64,000 bases of DNA. It comes from Nemertoderma westbladi. Lineage: Eukaryota > Animalia > Xenacoelomorpha. Below, in pieces: positions 23,990-36,809 of the stretch. The notes under the pieces are model-generated. The model was not told the origin of the DNA. It worked only from the letters and a program-made list of their open reading frames with translations, and ran no database searches. The translations under genes were made by a program, and so were the position numbers. The DNA is taken from positions 1 through 64,000 of the forward strand of contig JAUCBJ010007194.1 of assembly GCA_032718475.1 (NCBI GenBank), given 5' to 3'. How positions within the stretch are numbered: the first letter of the stretch is position 1; each line of letters starts with the position of its first letter.

Positions 23990-24540
23990 AGTCTAAATAC
24001 ACAGATCCCTGTGGCAGATGGCTTTGTTAGACTGTTCAAGTAATTACAACTGCGAGTTGCATGTTGTACAAGTGTCTGTATCTAACTAAGGGTTTAGATG
24101 TTGACACTTTCCTTGGAATTTAATTATTCCAAATTCTGTTGTCCCCCTGTTAACACGGAAACCAAGTTTCTGGGTATTAAATCTTTTGTAAAATTACCCT
24201 AAAAGTTGTATTCGTAACTTGTTTTGTGTTTATATTAGAGATTGTGTAATCTCATCCGAATTTTAAGTATGTAAGTATTTTTTTTTAGTAGTTAAGATAC
24301 TTTAGTAATTAGCAATGTCATTATTTAGTGTCACTCAAGTAACCCTCCATAAAAGAGTGTTACCCTACCATAACTGCAACATTTTATACAGTATCTGAAC
24401 CTCCGAAATAATATCATATATTTCAGTATTGACATAATAAACCCACTTACGGTATAAATAAATCAATTAAACTTACTCAGATTTATTTAAACTCATAGCG
24501 TTATCATACTTATTACAACTTAGGTCAGTTATGTTAACTG
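23990..24540 (+). mobile_element. Degenerate BEL 5' leader fragment (old copy C)
   Basis: Collinear similarity to ~43700-44430 of copy B, e.g. ttgtaaaattaccctaaaa, tagagattgt...aatctca.ccgaatt, ttgaca...aaacccac. Confidence 0.75.
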
Positions 24541-25020
24541 AACACTATTGTTTAGTAGTTCACAGCCAGTGACATGATTGGAGCAAAAAATAGTTTTCAT
24601 GTATTGGGTAACATCCTTTGTTAAGGGTAATAATATTTAGTATTAAATAAATAATTAAATAGCATTTATATTAAAAGCCACCCATTTGCCCGAGTAAACA
24701 ATCTAATTAAACTTATAACATTATTATTACTAATGAGGTGTATTCTTAGAAGTATACTTACAGAAAGGTGAAAGTTCTTCCTAATAAAATTACAGTTTAT
24801 TAAATATAAGAAATAATTGTATATTATTATTAAGAATTCAGTGCATTAAGCGATATCGAAAGGGGTACATAGATTACACTTTGATTGCCTATTCCTATAT
24901 GAGACTGTGTGAGACTTGATTTGATTTTGTTGGACTATATGCATGCAATATAAGCAGCCAGAAATTTGTATAGCAAATTATATTTATATTATATTTAATA
25001 TATTTTAAGCAATATGCTCT

Positions 25021-26068
25021 TTAGGGCGGTGCGTTTTTTACTTTTTTTCGATTTCATTGTTCTACCGGTGCACAAAAGTTGCCAAATGGTAAAAAAAATA
25101 AGGCAAAAAAAATTTCTTTAAATTTCGTCTATGTCTTCATGGATCCCAAGAGGGTTGAAATTGTGTGCCATCGCAATGCACCATAATGAAATGTATAACA
25201 ACATAACACATTGATGAAAGATCAATGACTCAAAAAAGAACTTCCTGCATGCATCAAATGTCATGAAATGGGTCCAAACTTAGTTAGATACCAAAATTTT
25301 AATTTTTGGATCAAGGGAAGTTGTGCCACAGGCACATGACCAGAACCTACTCTTTGGCGCAAGTGATGATTATTCTCAATTTTGGTGATGGACAACTTTT
25401 AGTTCTCCTACGGCATTATTATTATGCTCATTAGAACCGCAATGACCGATTTAGTGGGGGTAGACACCATCAAAATAAGCATAGAGCGAATTTGATTCCT
25501 TGAGATAATTCAAAATATCATTTATTGTGTATTTGTCCATATCACATCAAGGCGGTAATGTAGACTTGTGCCGTACTTCACATTTTCTGCGATATCTCAA
25601 GAACTTTTCGCTCTACGTTTGTTTTGAATGTGTCTACCCCCACTAAATCGGCCATTGCGGTTCTAATGAGCATAATATGAATGCAGTAGGATAGTTGGCC
25701 ATCGCGAAAATTGAGAATTATCATCACTTGCGCCAAATGGTAGGTCCTGGCCATGTGCCTGTGGCACTAGTTCCCTTGACCCAAAAGTTAAAATTTTGGT
25801 ATCTAACTAAGTTTGGACCCATTTGATGACATTTGATGCATGCAGGAAGTTCTTTTTTGAGTCATTGATCTTTCATCAATGTGTTATATTGTTATACATT
25901 TCATTATGGTGCATCGCGATGGCACAAAATTTCAACCCTCTTGGGATCCGTGAAGATATAGATGAAATTTAAAGAATTTTTTTTTGCCTTATTTTTTTAC
26001 CATTTGGCAACTTTTGTGCACCGGTAGAACAATGAAATCGATAAAAAGTAAAAAACGCACCGCCCTAA
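25021..26068. mobile_element. Fold-back MITE with ~480-bp terminal inverted arms
   Basis: Begins TTAGGGCGGTGCGTTTTT and ends AAAAACGCACCGCCCTAA. Arms are complementary over most of the length. GCTCT direct repeat at 25016-25020 and 26069-26073. Confidence 0.92.
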
Positions 26069-26175
26069 GCTCTTATGTCTATCACAACATTACAATCGTC
26101 ATGTTTACGAATATGGCAACGAAATTCTCGAGAACCTACTCAAACTATTATTAAATTTTAAGAAAATAAGTGTAG

Positions 26176-26859
26176 CCCTTTGTGTACCAAAGATAAAGAT
26201 AAAGATTTTTACTTCCAAGAAAGTATATTTGATCGTACCAAGGTTTATTTTGTTGTTATATATAAAGAGGATAACCATATTATTACTTATCCTACCCTCA
26301 AAGGCGGCACACTGCCGCCTTTAACCATTTTCGAAATTTATAAATCTTTCATTTGAACTCCGGGGGGCACACTGCAGCCTTAATCATTTGTAACATAATT
26401 ATTGGCTAAATTTAAATTAAATTGCATAAACTATGTAATTTAAAATTAATCAAACCAACAGGAATCCCTTCAAGCAATAAATTAATTTTTCTAGACCAGT
26501 TTTTCCTGCACGACACGAATATGAACTCCATTTATCCGCCCCAATAGTTATAAGAAAGTTATAAGAGGTTTTTATAAAGAGGCGGCAGCCTGTCGCCATG
26601 GGAGTCAGGATAATATATGTAAAGGCGGCACTCTGCCTCCATGAGGGTTAGGTTATAATTATATAAAGGCGAAACACTGCTACCCTGGGGATCAGGATAA
26701 TATTATATATATGTAAAGGTGGCACTTTGCTGCCATGGGGGTTAAGTTATAATTACAGTATTTAAAGGCGGCATTATGAGCATTTTCATGAATTATGAAC
26801 ACGAGTACGTGTCGTGACAATACGTGTGATGAACTCGTACCGTGTTGGTACGCAAAGTG
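26176..26859. mobile_element. Degenerate piggyBac-like non-autonomous element with internal AAAGGCGGCA repeats
   Basis: Ends CCCTTTGTGTACC and GGTACGCAAAGTG, the latter followed by TTAA. Loose internal tandem units. The left TTAA is not intact. Confidence 0.45.
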
Positions 26860-29819
26860 TTAAAGGCAAATAGGTCTATGATACAGTTACTGAAGTTAGT
26901 AACGTTGTAGCAGGACGATATAGCTGGTTTTCTGCACTTGTACCTGGGTCAGTACAAAACGAAGACCAAGGACTTACAAAACTAAGAGGTAAAGTAGCGT
27001 TAGCTCCCAAAGAGCGTTAGGTCTCATTGGCATTTAAAGGAGCAGGTTAGTAAAGGAGCAGGTTACATAGTCATAGTTGGGGGAACCAAAACAATAAACG
27101 AAAGTTATCACATGTGTTTCGTACAGGTCTTAAGTTTTTGGGTCTTGTGTATTTGTTTTGTACTCACCCTTTTGTATTTATTATTGCACGGTTGTAGCAA
27201 ATTATTATTGCCAATCTGTTGTTCTATGTACTAATACCGTTGTGGACACCCAAGAGTCTATAGATCGGATTAGAGACCAAGTTTATTTTGCAAATTTTTT
27301 GACAATAATGCATTACGTGCTACGAGATGGGGGAGGCATGATTGATTATACGAGATAGGGTGTTAAAAGATTGGATGTTACGATATGGAATAAAACGAAA
27401 TATTACAATAATCCTTTTCTTCTATTTCGTGAAGCAATGATTCAAATTTCGCGATCGATTCAAATCTCGCGATTCAAATTGCGAGTTAGTAAAGGAGCAG
27501 GTTAGCAAAGGAGCAGGTTTCAGAGGAGTATTGGGGGAACCAAAACAATAAACGTTATTGTTTCGCAGGCTAAGAATACCCACTGGCTAGGAATACTCGC
27601 ATGCTAAGAATTCCTGAGACCGTACATTTACAAAGAAATTGAGCCTGGAAATTGCTTTATCGACCACCTTATAATAAAAATATAATAAAAATAATTTCCC
27701 ATTCATCATTCATATAATTTGTTCAACAACTTATACAATTAAAAATTAGTGATATTCGATGTTTCATTAAAAGCACTATAATATAACATCGCGACCTTAA
27801 ATATTAAATTTGTTATTCCCCTCGATTATACACGATATATGATGTTTCCGGACACCAAGTTGTGCCTACAGTCAAAGAAACTTAATATCAATAAATAACC
27901 AAAGACGAAAAAGCAATATCACACTCCCTCACATTACCCTCACATTATACACCACACCCCCTAGTGGTAGCACAGGAATTGATGTCACCACAATTTTCAA
28001 ATAATCAGTCCCACTGAAAGGGCACAACTCTGATTGTGGTGACAAAAAAATAGTGGTAACAAGTTGAGCTGACATTTGATCAAGGACATGTGTCCGACGT
28101 TTTGATCGGGTCCCCATGTACTCTTTGTAATGTTAGCACAAGTGCCACTTTGCAATGCCTGAAATGTGAGGGAAAAAAATCGTGTATCCCTTTAGCGTCC
28201 TCTTCTTGAACATTCAAAAATCATTGACTAGAGTTCTGCTAACATGTAATAGTTGTGCTAACATCAAACAAATGACACCATCAATATTGATTAAAATTAT
28301 CTCATGGAATTTATAACACCAGTTGTAGGAACATTTCTCCTCTGCAGTTAGGCAGCGAATTCGTGCTGTCTATAAAATATTCTAGAACATTTAATTATTT
28401 ACATGGAGTGAACGGCGATGCCATTGTTAGAGAAGGCAATATATCGAGCTTGAAGGCGAATATATGTCTGCTGGCCAGACAGTAGTGTAGCTAATGCAAT
28501 GGATGGGGAAGCCAGCCTGCGGCGATATTGATTTGTGATGTAAATAGGAAGGCCCTTTGCCCCACAAATTCGGGTTCATAATAATTCGGGGTAATGTAAA
28601 TTTATCTGTGAATATGAAGCACTACAGGAGGCAATATTAAGGGTACTCTTTCACTTGCTTCCTTTTCTTGTATTTACGTACAAGGCAAGGGGGACTGGAC
28701 TCCACACTAACTCCCACGGATGAACACAGAGGATGATCTCATATACATATTATATATTGTGCTGTGCGATGGCCGTATTTCGATTGTGAATCATGTTTTG
28801 CATTACAAACAAGATTTATTTATTCTTAATTAAATCAAATTGATTTTATGACCATATAGGTTTTTTGGGATACTGATCACGAATATAACACTGAAATATA
28901 TCGTACATTATTGATTAGGGAATTTATGGATATGTACGTGTCAATGTGCGGCATGAAAAATACAAGTAGCACTAATTGGATAATACAAAAATGATTATCA
29001 AATCAACCTGATTTTATGACATTGTGGGTTTTCTGGGACGCTGATCACGAATATGACACTCAAAAATATAGGATTATCGAACTAAATTCGATTTTTAGCG
29101 TTTGAAATTGTACGCCATTTGTATTTATCCGTCCCACCGGACAAGCAGCAAAAATGATAGTTGCGTTAACACGAATGATTTTTTACGAGTTATATCGTAG
29201 TAATCAGCGACTTTGAAAACCAGTATACTGTGGATATTTATAACCAAAGTCAAAATTTAACACTTTATAATTTTGTGCTACTTGTAGTTTTCGTTTTGGG
29301 GCACTTGAATGGCACCAAAATGGGATTTGCACATGCACATACCAGAAATATTTATAACTAGTGTCATCCTGTCCAGCGACATCGAAAACCCGTATACCTT
29401 CAGAATTATCAAACCAAACTCAACATTTTTCAGTTTGACATTTTTTACTTATAATATTTTGAGTTTGCAGCTATATATATATATATATATAGAGATGCTA
29501 TATATAGAGTAGACTCAAACTTTTTGGACAAAAATAAAAAAATTGACAGTGGAAAATGTCAAAATTGAGAAATTGTGAAAAAATCTTGTTTTATATACAG
29601 AATCATGAATATCAGATAATGGTCCCCTTAATATTAGAAATCAATTTTAACAATGACGAGCCTTGGAAAAGCTAAAACAAAGAAAACTTGCGATTCTTTG
29701 CCTGCCTCTTATGGTGGAATTTCACAAGATGGGTACGATGCAGTGGGTGAAACAAATTGACGGAAGCCATTTCAATAATTAGAAAACCGTGACAGACATC
29801 ATGGTCATTTATCATGATG

Positions 29820-30050
29820 GTATATGACTTCACTTGACTTTACAACACTTTTTAACAATTTAAATTATTTGACTTGATATCACTTGGTTTTATGACACTT
29901 GACTTGACATCATTGGACTCGACATCACTTCATAATTAATGCCTTGATTGACATCACGTGACTTGATAGTAGTTTGACTTGGCGCCATACGACTTGACAT
30001 ACTGACTTGACATCACTTGACTTGACAAACTTGACTTGACTTGATAATAC
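29820..30050. repeat. Loose GACTT/GACATCACTT simple repeat
   Basis: Repeated gacttgac/atcact words. Confidence 0.7.
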
Positions 30051-30399
30051 TTGTTATATTATCACCCTGATTTGTTGATACAGCTCGTTTCCTGCTTGTT
30101 TTATCCTCTATGCAAATTTAGGATGTAGGCCTACTTTGTAGACATTTCCTGTTTCGAGATATTATTAAAATTTGACTCAAAAATCTTTGAAATTCTCATT
30201 ACAGTAGTACGGCAATTCAATTACTTTAAGTAGAGGACATATTACATTTGTTCGTTTACTCCTCCTGCGTTACTACTCTTTGCTCCAGGGAAAAAGCCAT
30301 AAAATAATATTTTGTTTTATAATTTATTCAACATTTGTCTTACACGTGAAACTTACAGGAAGTTTCCATCATATTTATAATATACTCTATCAAATTCAA

Positions 30400-30800
30400 A
30401 TACTTACCAGAACAGGCAATACATATTTAAATACTTGCCAAAACAGGCAAGGTGTATTTATATACTTGCCAAAACAGGCAAGGTGTATTTATATACTTGC
30501 CAAAACAGGCAAGGTGTATTTATATACTTGCCAAAACAGGCAAGGCATATTTACATACTTGCCAAAACAGGCAAGGTATATTTATATACTAGCAAAAACA
30601 GGCAAGGTGTATTTATATACTTGCCAAAACAGGCAAGGTGTATTTATATACTTGCCAAAACAGGCAAGGTATATTTATATACTTGCCAAAACAGGCAAGG
30701 TATATTTATATACTTGCCAAAACAGGCAAGGCATACTTACATACTTGCCAAAACAGGCAAGGTATATTTATATACTTGCCAAAACAGGCAAGGTATATAT
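30400..30800. repeat. 31-bp tandem repeat, about 13 units (ATACTTGCCAAAACAGGCAAGGTGTATTTAT)
   Basis: Period of 31 visible directly. Each unit contains the inverted pair CTTGCC/GGCAAG. Confidence 0.95.
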
Positions 30801-31722
30801 ATTCAGCCAAATGGAGAAGTCTTGGTTTCGTACTGTAGACTGTTATAGTCTTCGTTGTTGGAACCTCTCTGCATCGTATTAAATTGAATTAAGATAGTTT
30901 ATTATTTTGTAAGTAATATTGTGGCTTATGAATAATTTGACTGTTGACCGTTCGTTACGTAATATAGTGTTTATTGAAGTTTATTTATAGTTAAGTTTTA
31001 CGCATACGGGATCCCGAGAGTGATAATCCCGGTCCCGATGCCGGAAATCCCGCAAATTTGCGCTAACCAAATTACCCGAGTAAGACAGTAAGAGTAGGAC
31101 ACGAGTCCAGTTTGCCCTTATCCGAGGCGCATCCCATTGCGTTCGTGGGTCACGCATCAAATGGAGAAGTGGGCTTGGACTGGAAGATGGTGCTGGGCTG
31201 CCATAAGGCCAGACAGGATAGGAACGTCATATGCAGCAACCAGCTAATTAATCTACATCGCCTCTTCTGTACTTAACTCTATTTTATAATTTTTAACTGA
31301 TATTTGTGCTGTGTGGGGGGGGGGGGGGGGGGGGGGTTCTCTATAGTTCTCTACCTATTAATTATCAGTAAATGTTTGTCTCTTTATACTTTTAATTAAT
31401 AGGGTACTATACCATTAATAGTGCCGGTGTGTCGATTTTTGTATTAAATGTTCCAGAATTTTTAGCACCACCCATGAAACTTTCTACTTTTTTATATTTT
31501 ATTCATCAATGAACGGAAATACTTAATACTTCGTATCATCTAGTAATACTGTAGCTGTGATTTATTAACTTTATTTGGATATAATATAGGTATTAAATGA
31601 TAGGCATATTGTTATATTGGTATATAATTGTGTCAGCCTATATACCGATATCAGAATAGTTGTTGTAGGCCTACCGCTATTATCGGTATATGTATACTAT
31701 TTCAGTTAGTGTATACCGGTAC

Positions 31723-31933
31723 TATGGTGGCCCTGGCCCAGAAGGGACAACTTAAAAAATATTTCATTTCGAGTAAAAAAAAAAAAAAACGAAACATTCA
31801 CGAAACTCTTGTATTTGTCGTTTTTTTTATTTTACTACAAATAAAAAAAATGACAAAAACGAATTATTCCTAAAATTATTATTTTTGTCGTTTTTTTAAA
31901 TATTTTTTAAGTTGTCCCTTCTGGGCCACCATA
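31723..31933. mobile_element. 211-bp MITE with 6-bp target duplication
   Basis: TIRs TATGGTGGCCC...AGAAGGGACAACTTAAAAAATATTT and its reverse complement. CGGTAC on both flanks (31717-31722, 31934-31939). Confidence 0.85.
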
Positions 31934-32399
31934 CGGTACGTATACTGTTGTAATGGTACTACTGTAATTATCGCATATAATAATTGAATAATAATAATTT
32001 AATTACAAATTCCGTTTGAATTTATATGTTCATTTAATTATTGATTTAACTATCTAGGCCTCTATCTAGTCCTATCTGTTTAAACACAGTTATACATAGA
32101 TAGTGTTGTTGTTTGCTACTATTGTTAATAGGGAGATAGTTATGGCATACATTTAGTATCAATATTCAATAATTGAATACGAGTGATATTATTGATCGTT
32201 TTGAATGATTTTTGCCATGCAGAATTATTTCGCTTGATATTATTGATAGATTTAAATAATGTTGTCTGTTGAATTATTTTGCTTGATATTTAATTATTTC
32301 AACCGATAATTATAGGTAGTGTTAAATGAGACTATGAATTATTTCGACTTATAATTAATTATAGGTCGTATTAAATGTAATCAGCTGACAGTGAATTAT

Positions 32400-35300
32400 T
32401 TCGACATATAATTATAGGTCGATTAAAATGTGATCTGGAAGACAGCCTTACTCGCTGGAAGGCTGTCACTTCCAGAGAGACCCAGTCTGAGCGTCCCACC
32501 ACTGAAAACAGTGGCGAAACTAGTAAACACCCTAGTACCCGAGATAGTACACTAGAACTAGTAAACACCCTAGTACCCGAGATAGTACACTAGAACTAGT
32601 AAACACCCTAGTACCCGAGATAGTACACTAGAACTAGTAAACACCCTAGTACCCGAGATAGTACACTAGAACTAGTAAACACCCTAGTACCCGAGATAGT
32701 ACACTAGAACTAGTAAACACCCTAGTACCCGAGATAGTACACTAGAACTAGTAAACACCCTAGTACCCGAGATAGTACACTAGAACTAGTAAATACCCTA
32801 GTACCCGAGATAGTACACTAGAACTAGTAAACACCCTAGTACCCGAGATAGTACACTAGAACTAGTAAACACCCTAGTACCCGAGATAGTACACTAGAAC
32901 TAGTAAACACCCTAGTACCCGAGATAGTACACTAGAACTAGTAAACACCCTAGTACCCGAGATAGTACACTAGAACTAGTAAACACCCTAGTACCCGAGA
33001 TAGTACACTAGAACTAGTACCACTGAAAAGTAGTGTAGAGTATTGCCCTGATGAAGAAACATATCCTCACCATGTAATAGCCGCTGCGGCCTCGGTTCCA
33101 GTTGAGCCTTACAGGGATCCATTACTTAGCATTGCCAGTGGTATGTTGGGACCTATCTTCGAATCCATAGAGGGATATCTAGCAGAAATAGCTCGAGGAG
33201 GGCCAGAACCTCAGCAGGACTGCTATGGAGATGATGTAGATGAGATGGCGTTATTGATGCAGCAGCAATGTTGCCTCCCTAGTTTAGGAGAACCTTTAGA
33301 CTTGGGAGCAGCTCCCTGGAAGGATTTATACCGTCTAGGTGTTTCGCCGAACACCAAATACCCAGCCATCTGGAAACGATCAGCCTCGGGATATGTTCAA
33401 GACATATAGAAACTCACCAACTTACCTCCATCCTCACTTTGAGACGGCCTTAATAGTAGCGCCACTTCCGGTAATGCATTGCCAGCAGATACCCCTTCCT
33501 GTTGCTTGCCCAGTATAACAGATGAGCCGGAGAATTAATGAGATCTGTCAAGTTAGGGAGCAAACTGTCGATCAGCTAAAAGACTTAGAAGGTACTGTAA
33601 GATCTTTAGAAGGTACAGTAAGAGAACGCAAATCAGAGCTGCAAGAAGTACAACAGTAGATTGCTTTAGATAGCGATTGGCTAGTCAATATACAGAAAGT
33701 TATACCTTCTCCTGTAACTATATTGAAACCACCTTGGAATATATCTAATAATGCTCGAGGTGTAGAGCAACTGCATATATATATAGGGGCGAGAATATGG
33801 AGTCTTCTATAAACAATACCACACAGAGACCACCCACAATATGAATATATACATATAGCCTTTCTCCAAATGCCCACCCTGTTCTATGTTCAGAATATCC
33901 CCTGTTTAACAACATAATAGCGCAAGAGAGTTTAACTCGACAGATGGTTCGAACAGAAGCGCGACAATCGGTTTCAGTGAGGGAAGTCGTTAATGGAGAT
34001 GAAATGAAGTGGTTACCATTTAGCGAATATTATAAGGATACTCAGTTTTATCTAATGGTGAAAAACTTCGATTTCTCCTAGAATGTTTGGAAGGGCCACT
34101 GAAGTCAGGTTACAGCTGATCAGACAGGTCAAGGAAAAGAACCCGGAACATAAGGTTAGTGATTGGAAGTCCACCATAGAGACTGACTATTATATGGTTT
34201 CACTATCTACCCCTCAAGATCAGGATGGTAAGAACAGTATTATGCGAGTAAAACTTGTACCCATCAAAAACTTCGCGACCAGTCAAGCTGAATTATATGA
34301 TTGGGATGATGACAACTTTGCCCGTAAGTATAAAAAACCTCGATTTATGGTAGATTATCCTGGAGTTCAACTACTGGTAGGACAAAACACTCATGAGGCA
34401 TTAGAGATCTTAGAGAAGCGACCTGCAGATCCATGGCCTTTACACACCTACAGACATAACTGATCATGTGGAAGAGTGGAACTAATGACAGGTGGATGAT
34501 CAGCTGCAAATAACAGCTTCTAGCCGGACGTTTAATTCAGCAGACACTCCTTGGTGGGGAGGTAGTTGTTACAGACTCATACGTAGTGTGAAGACCGCGT
34601 TTCACTTTGTAGTGCCCTGCCGCGCGTATCTCACCAACAAACTCCTGCACACTTTTATGGAAATCGCCGCCTATCTCAATGAGCGACCGTTGATGCCAGT
34701 ATCGTTCGACCCGGAATCCCTAGAGGCGTTAACACCAGCGCACTTCTTGCTGAAGAAACCTATGGTCATGCTTCCCGTGTCTACACACGAGCCAGGGGAT
34801 GAATATCTTAAAATCAGACCTGGCAAATGATACAGTTGTTGTCTACTCCGTTTGCGACGCATTTCGAATGATATTATCTTCCCACGCTGCAGCTTAGAAC
34901 TAAGTGGTTCGCTCATGGTATTAATTGTAGACTCAGACCTCCCACGTAAGAGATGGCAAATCAGTCATATTATCGAGACCCATTTTTCAGACAACGGTTT
35001 AGTAAGATCAGTAGAACTCATAGTCATGAGACATAATCACAAGATGAATGGAATCGTATTTGAGTCGCAGCAACTCAACCACCCGATTGGTCGCCTGTGT
35101 CTGCTAGAGAGGGACCGATAGTTATCCGGTAACTACGGTAGACAAGAGACTATCCCGACAACCACCTCCCAGATCCAGTAGACCTACATGGATTCTATTA
35201 ACTCATTATTTACGGGAGCGGGTACATATTGTCTTTATGTCCCTTTTTATATTTCCTATGTATGCTGTATTAAGTAATTTTATATTACTTTAATTATTTT

Positions 35301-36560
35301 TATCTTTTTCGTTATTTTATAATTTAGTAGAATAATTACAAGTGTAATTATTTTGTAGTTTAGTGCAATAACGTATATACAAAACATATCTATGAATCAA
35401 ATTAGTTATTATAATATTCATATTATTTTATATTATAGTTAGAAATAACTTCACTTTCTCGTTGGTCTTCCTGCCCGAATATATTTAATTTATTATCTTA
35501 GTCTTTCCTATTTATAGGAACCCATACCTTGGTCTCACTGTCCTATCGGCTTAATTAAATAATAAGCCGACAGTGACCCAGTGAGAAATGTTATTACTGC
35601 AATTTATATTGTAAGTATTTATTAATATGTCTTGTGACCTATTGTCACTATTACCTAAGAACCTGCTATGCTTTAGGTACTATTTGGTTAAGTAAAGTAA
35701 TGGGAATCTCGCAAAGTTCAGATCCTCGTATCTCGGCTAGCTAAACCAAGCTCTGGGTAGACCTTGGAAACGACTTGCCTCTTCTCACTGATATTGCTTC
35801 GTGCGATACTGCTCTCATACCTTAGGCCTAAAATATTACGTATAGTAGGAGATGTCAATATAACAATGAATCTGTTAAAATATTTAACCAATTGAAAATC
35901 TAGTTGATTAAGATATCATGGAACTCACAGATATACTTAATGGACAAATTTTCTAGAATTGTTGGTTAACGTCCCCAGACATGTTCTGGAATAAATAAAC
36001 AAAATAATAAAATAAATTTTACGGGAATATTTTTATTGATTCATGCACCCTCATGGATATAATAAATTTAAAACACATTATTTAAAAATCCCGAAAATTT
36101 AAGATAAAATAAGTCACGGGAGCGGCGCTTGCTTCTTCCATTAAAACTTATTAAAATTCCCTGGCTTGTATTTAATTAATCAAGCTATTAAAATAATAAA
36201 AATCAAATTAATAAAAATCATTAATAAAAAGAGTAAAAATAGCCGAAAGAGTTACTATCAAATAACATACCAGATCTGCTTGCATGAAACATATTCTAAT
36301 TCTACCGCTAGCTTTGCAAAATGTCAACATAGAAACAGAAACGCTAGAAAGAATTAGAGCAAAAGAACAATAGAATGAATGTTGTTTCATTGAATAGCAT
36401 CATTGAGTGTAGTATCCATATCCAAGGCTACTCAACAACACCGTGACATTGTGAATATGTGAACATTGTGAATAACGGAAAAGTGAGCGTAAATGTGCAA
36501 AATGTTGGTTGACACGTATGTGTGTTTATCGATGAATGTTACTACTAAAGGCATAGTCTG
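32400..36560 (+). pseudogene. Old, internally deleted BEL relative (copy C): gag, protease-adjacent and integrase remnants plus 3' non-coding region
   Basis: PAIWKRSASGY, AQESLTRQMVRTEA, IKNFATSQAELYDWD, PWWGGS..LIRSVKTAFHF and IGRLCLLERDR match the copy A/B proteins. RT and RNase H are deleted. The 3' region is collinear with 53066-54430. Confidence 0.9.
32518..33019. repeat. 38-bp tandem repeat, about 13 near-identical units (CTAGTAAACACCCTAGTACCCGAGATAGTACACTAGAA)
   Basis: Period of 38 visible directly. Confidence 0.97.
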
Positions 36561-36593
36561 AGGATCCTTGGCCATCCTAACGGCTCCTTTGGG

Positions 36594-36780
36594 ATTAAGG
36601 ACAATTGCCACCCGGCCAATTACCCCCCCCCCCCCCCCCCGGACAACTGACCACCGAGGACAATTGCCCCCCGTACGCCCCCCGACCAATTGCCCCCCGA
36701 GGACAATTGACCCCCGGACAATTTCCTCCCAAGGACAATTGCCCCCGGACAATTGCCCCCCGGACAATTGCCCCCCGATA
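36594..36780. repeat. GGACAATTGCCCCC tandem-motif repeat, probably a transposon terminus
   Basis: About 10 imperfect copies of ggacaattgcccc. Begins close to where copy C similarity ends. Confidence 0.75.
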
Positions 36781-36809
36781 TTTTGATATTGTCGATATTT
36801 GTCATGCAA

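Noticed and set aside
30400-33019. 31-bp and 38-bp arrays as CRISPR arrays or repeat proteins
   Set aside because: No unique spacers, no cas genes, eukaryotic context, periods not multiples of 3.
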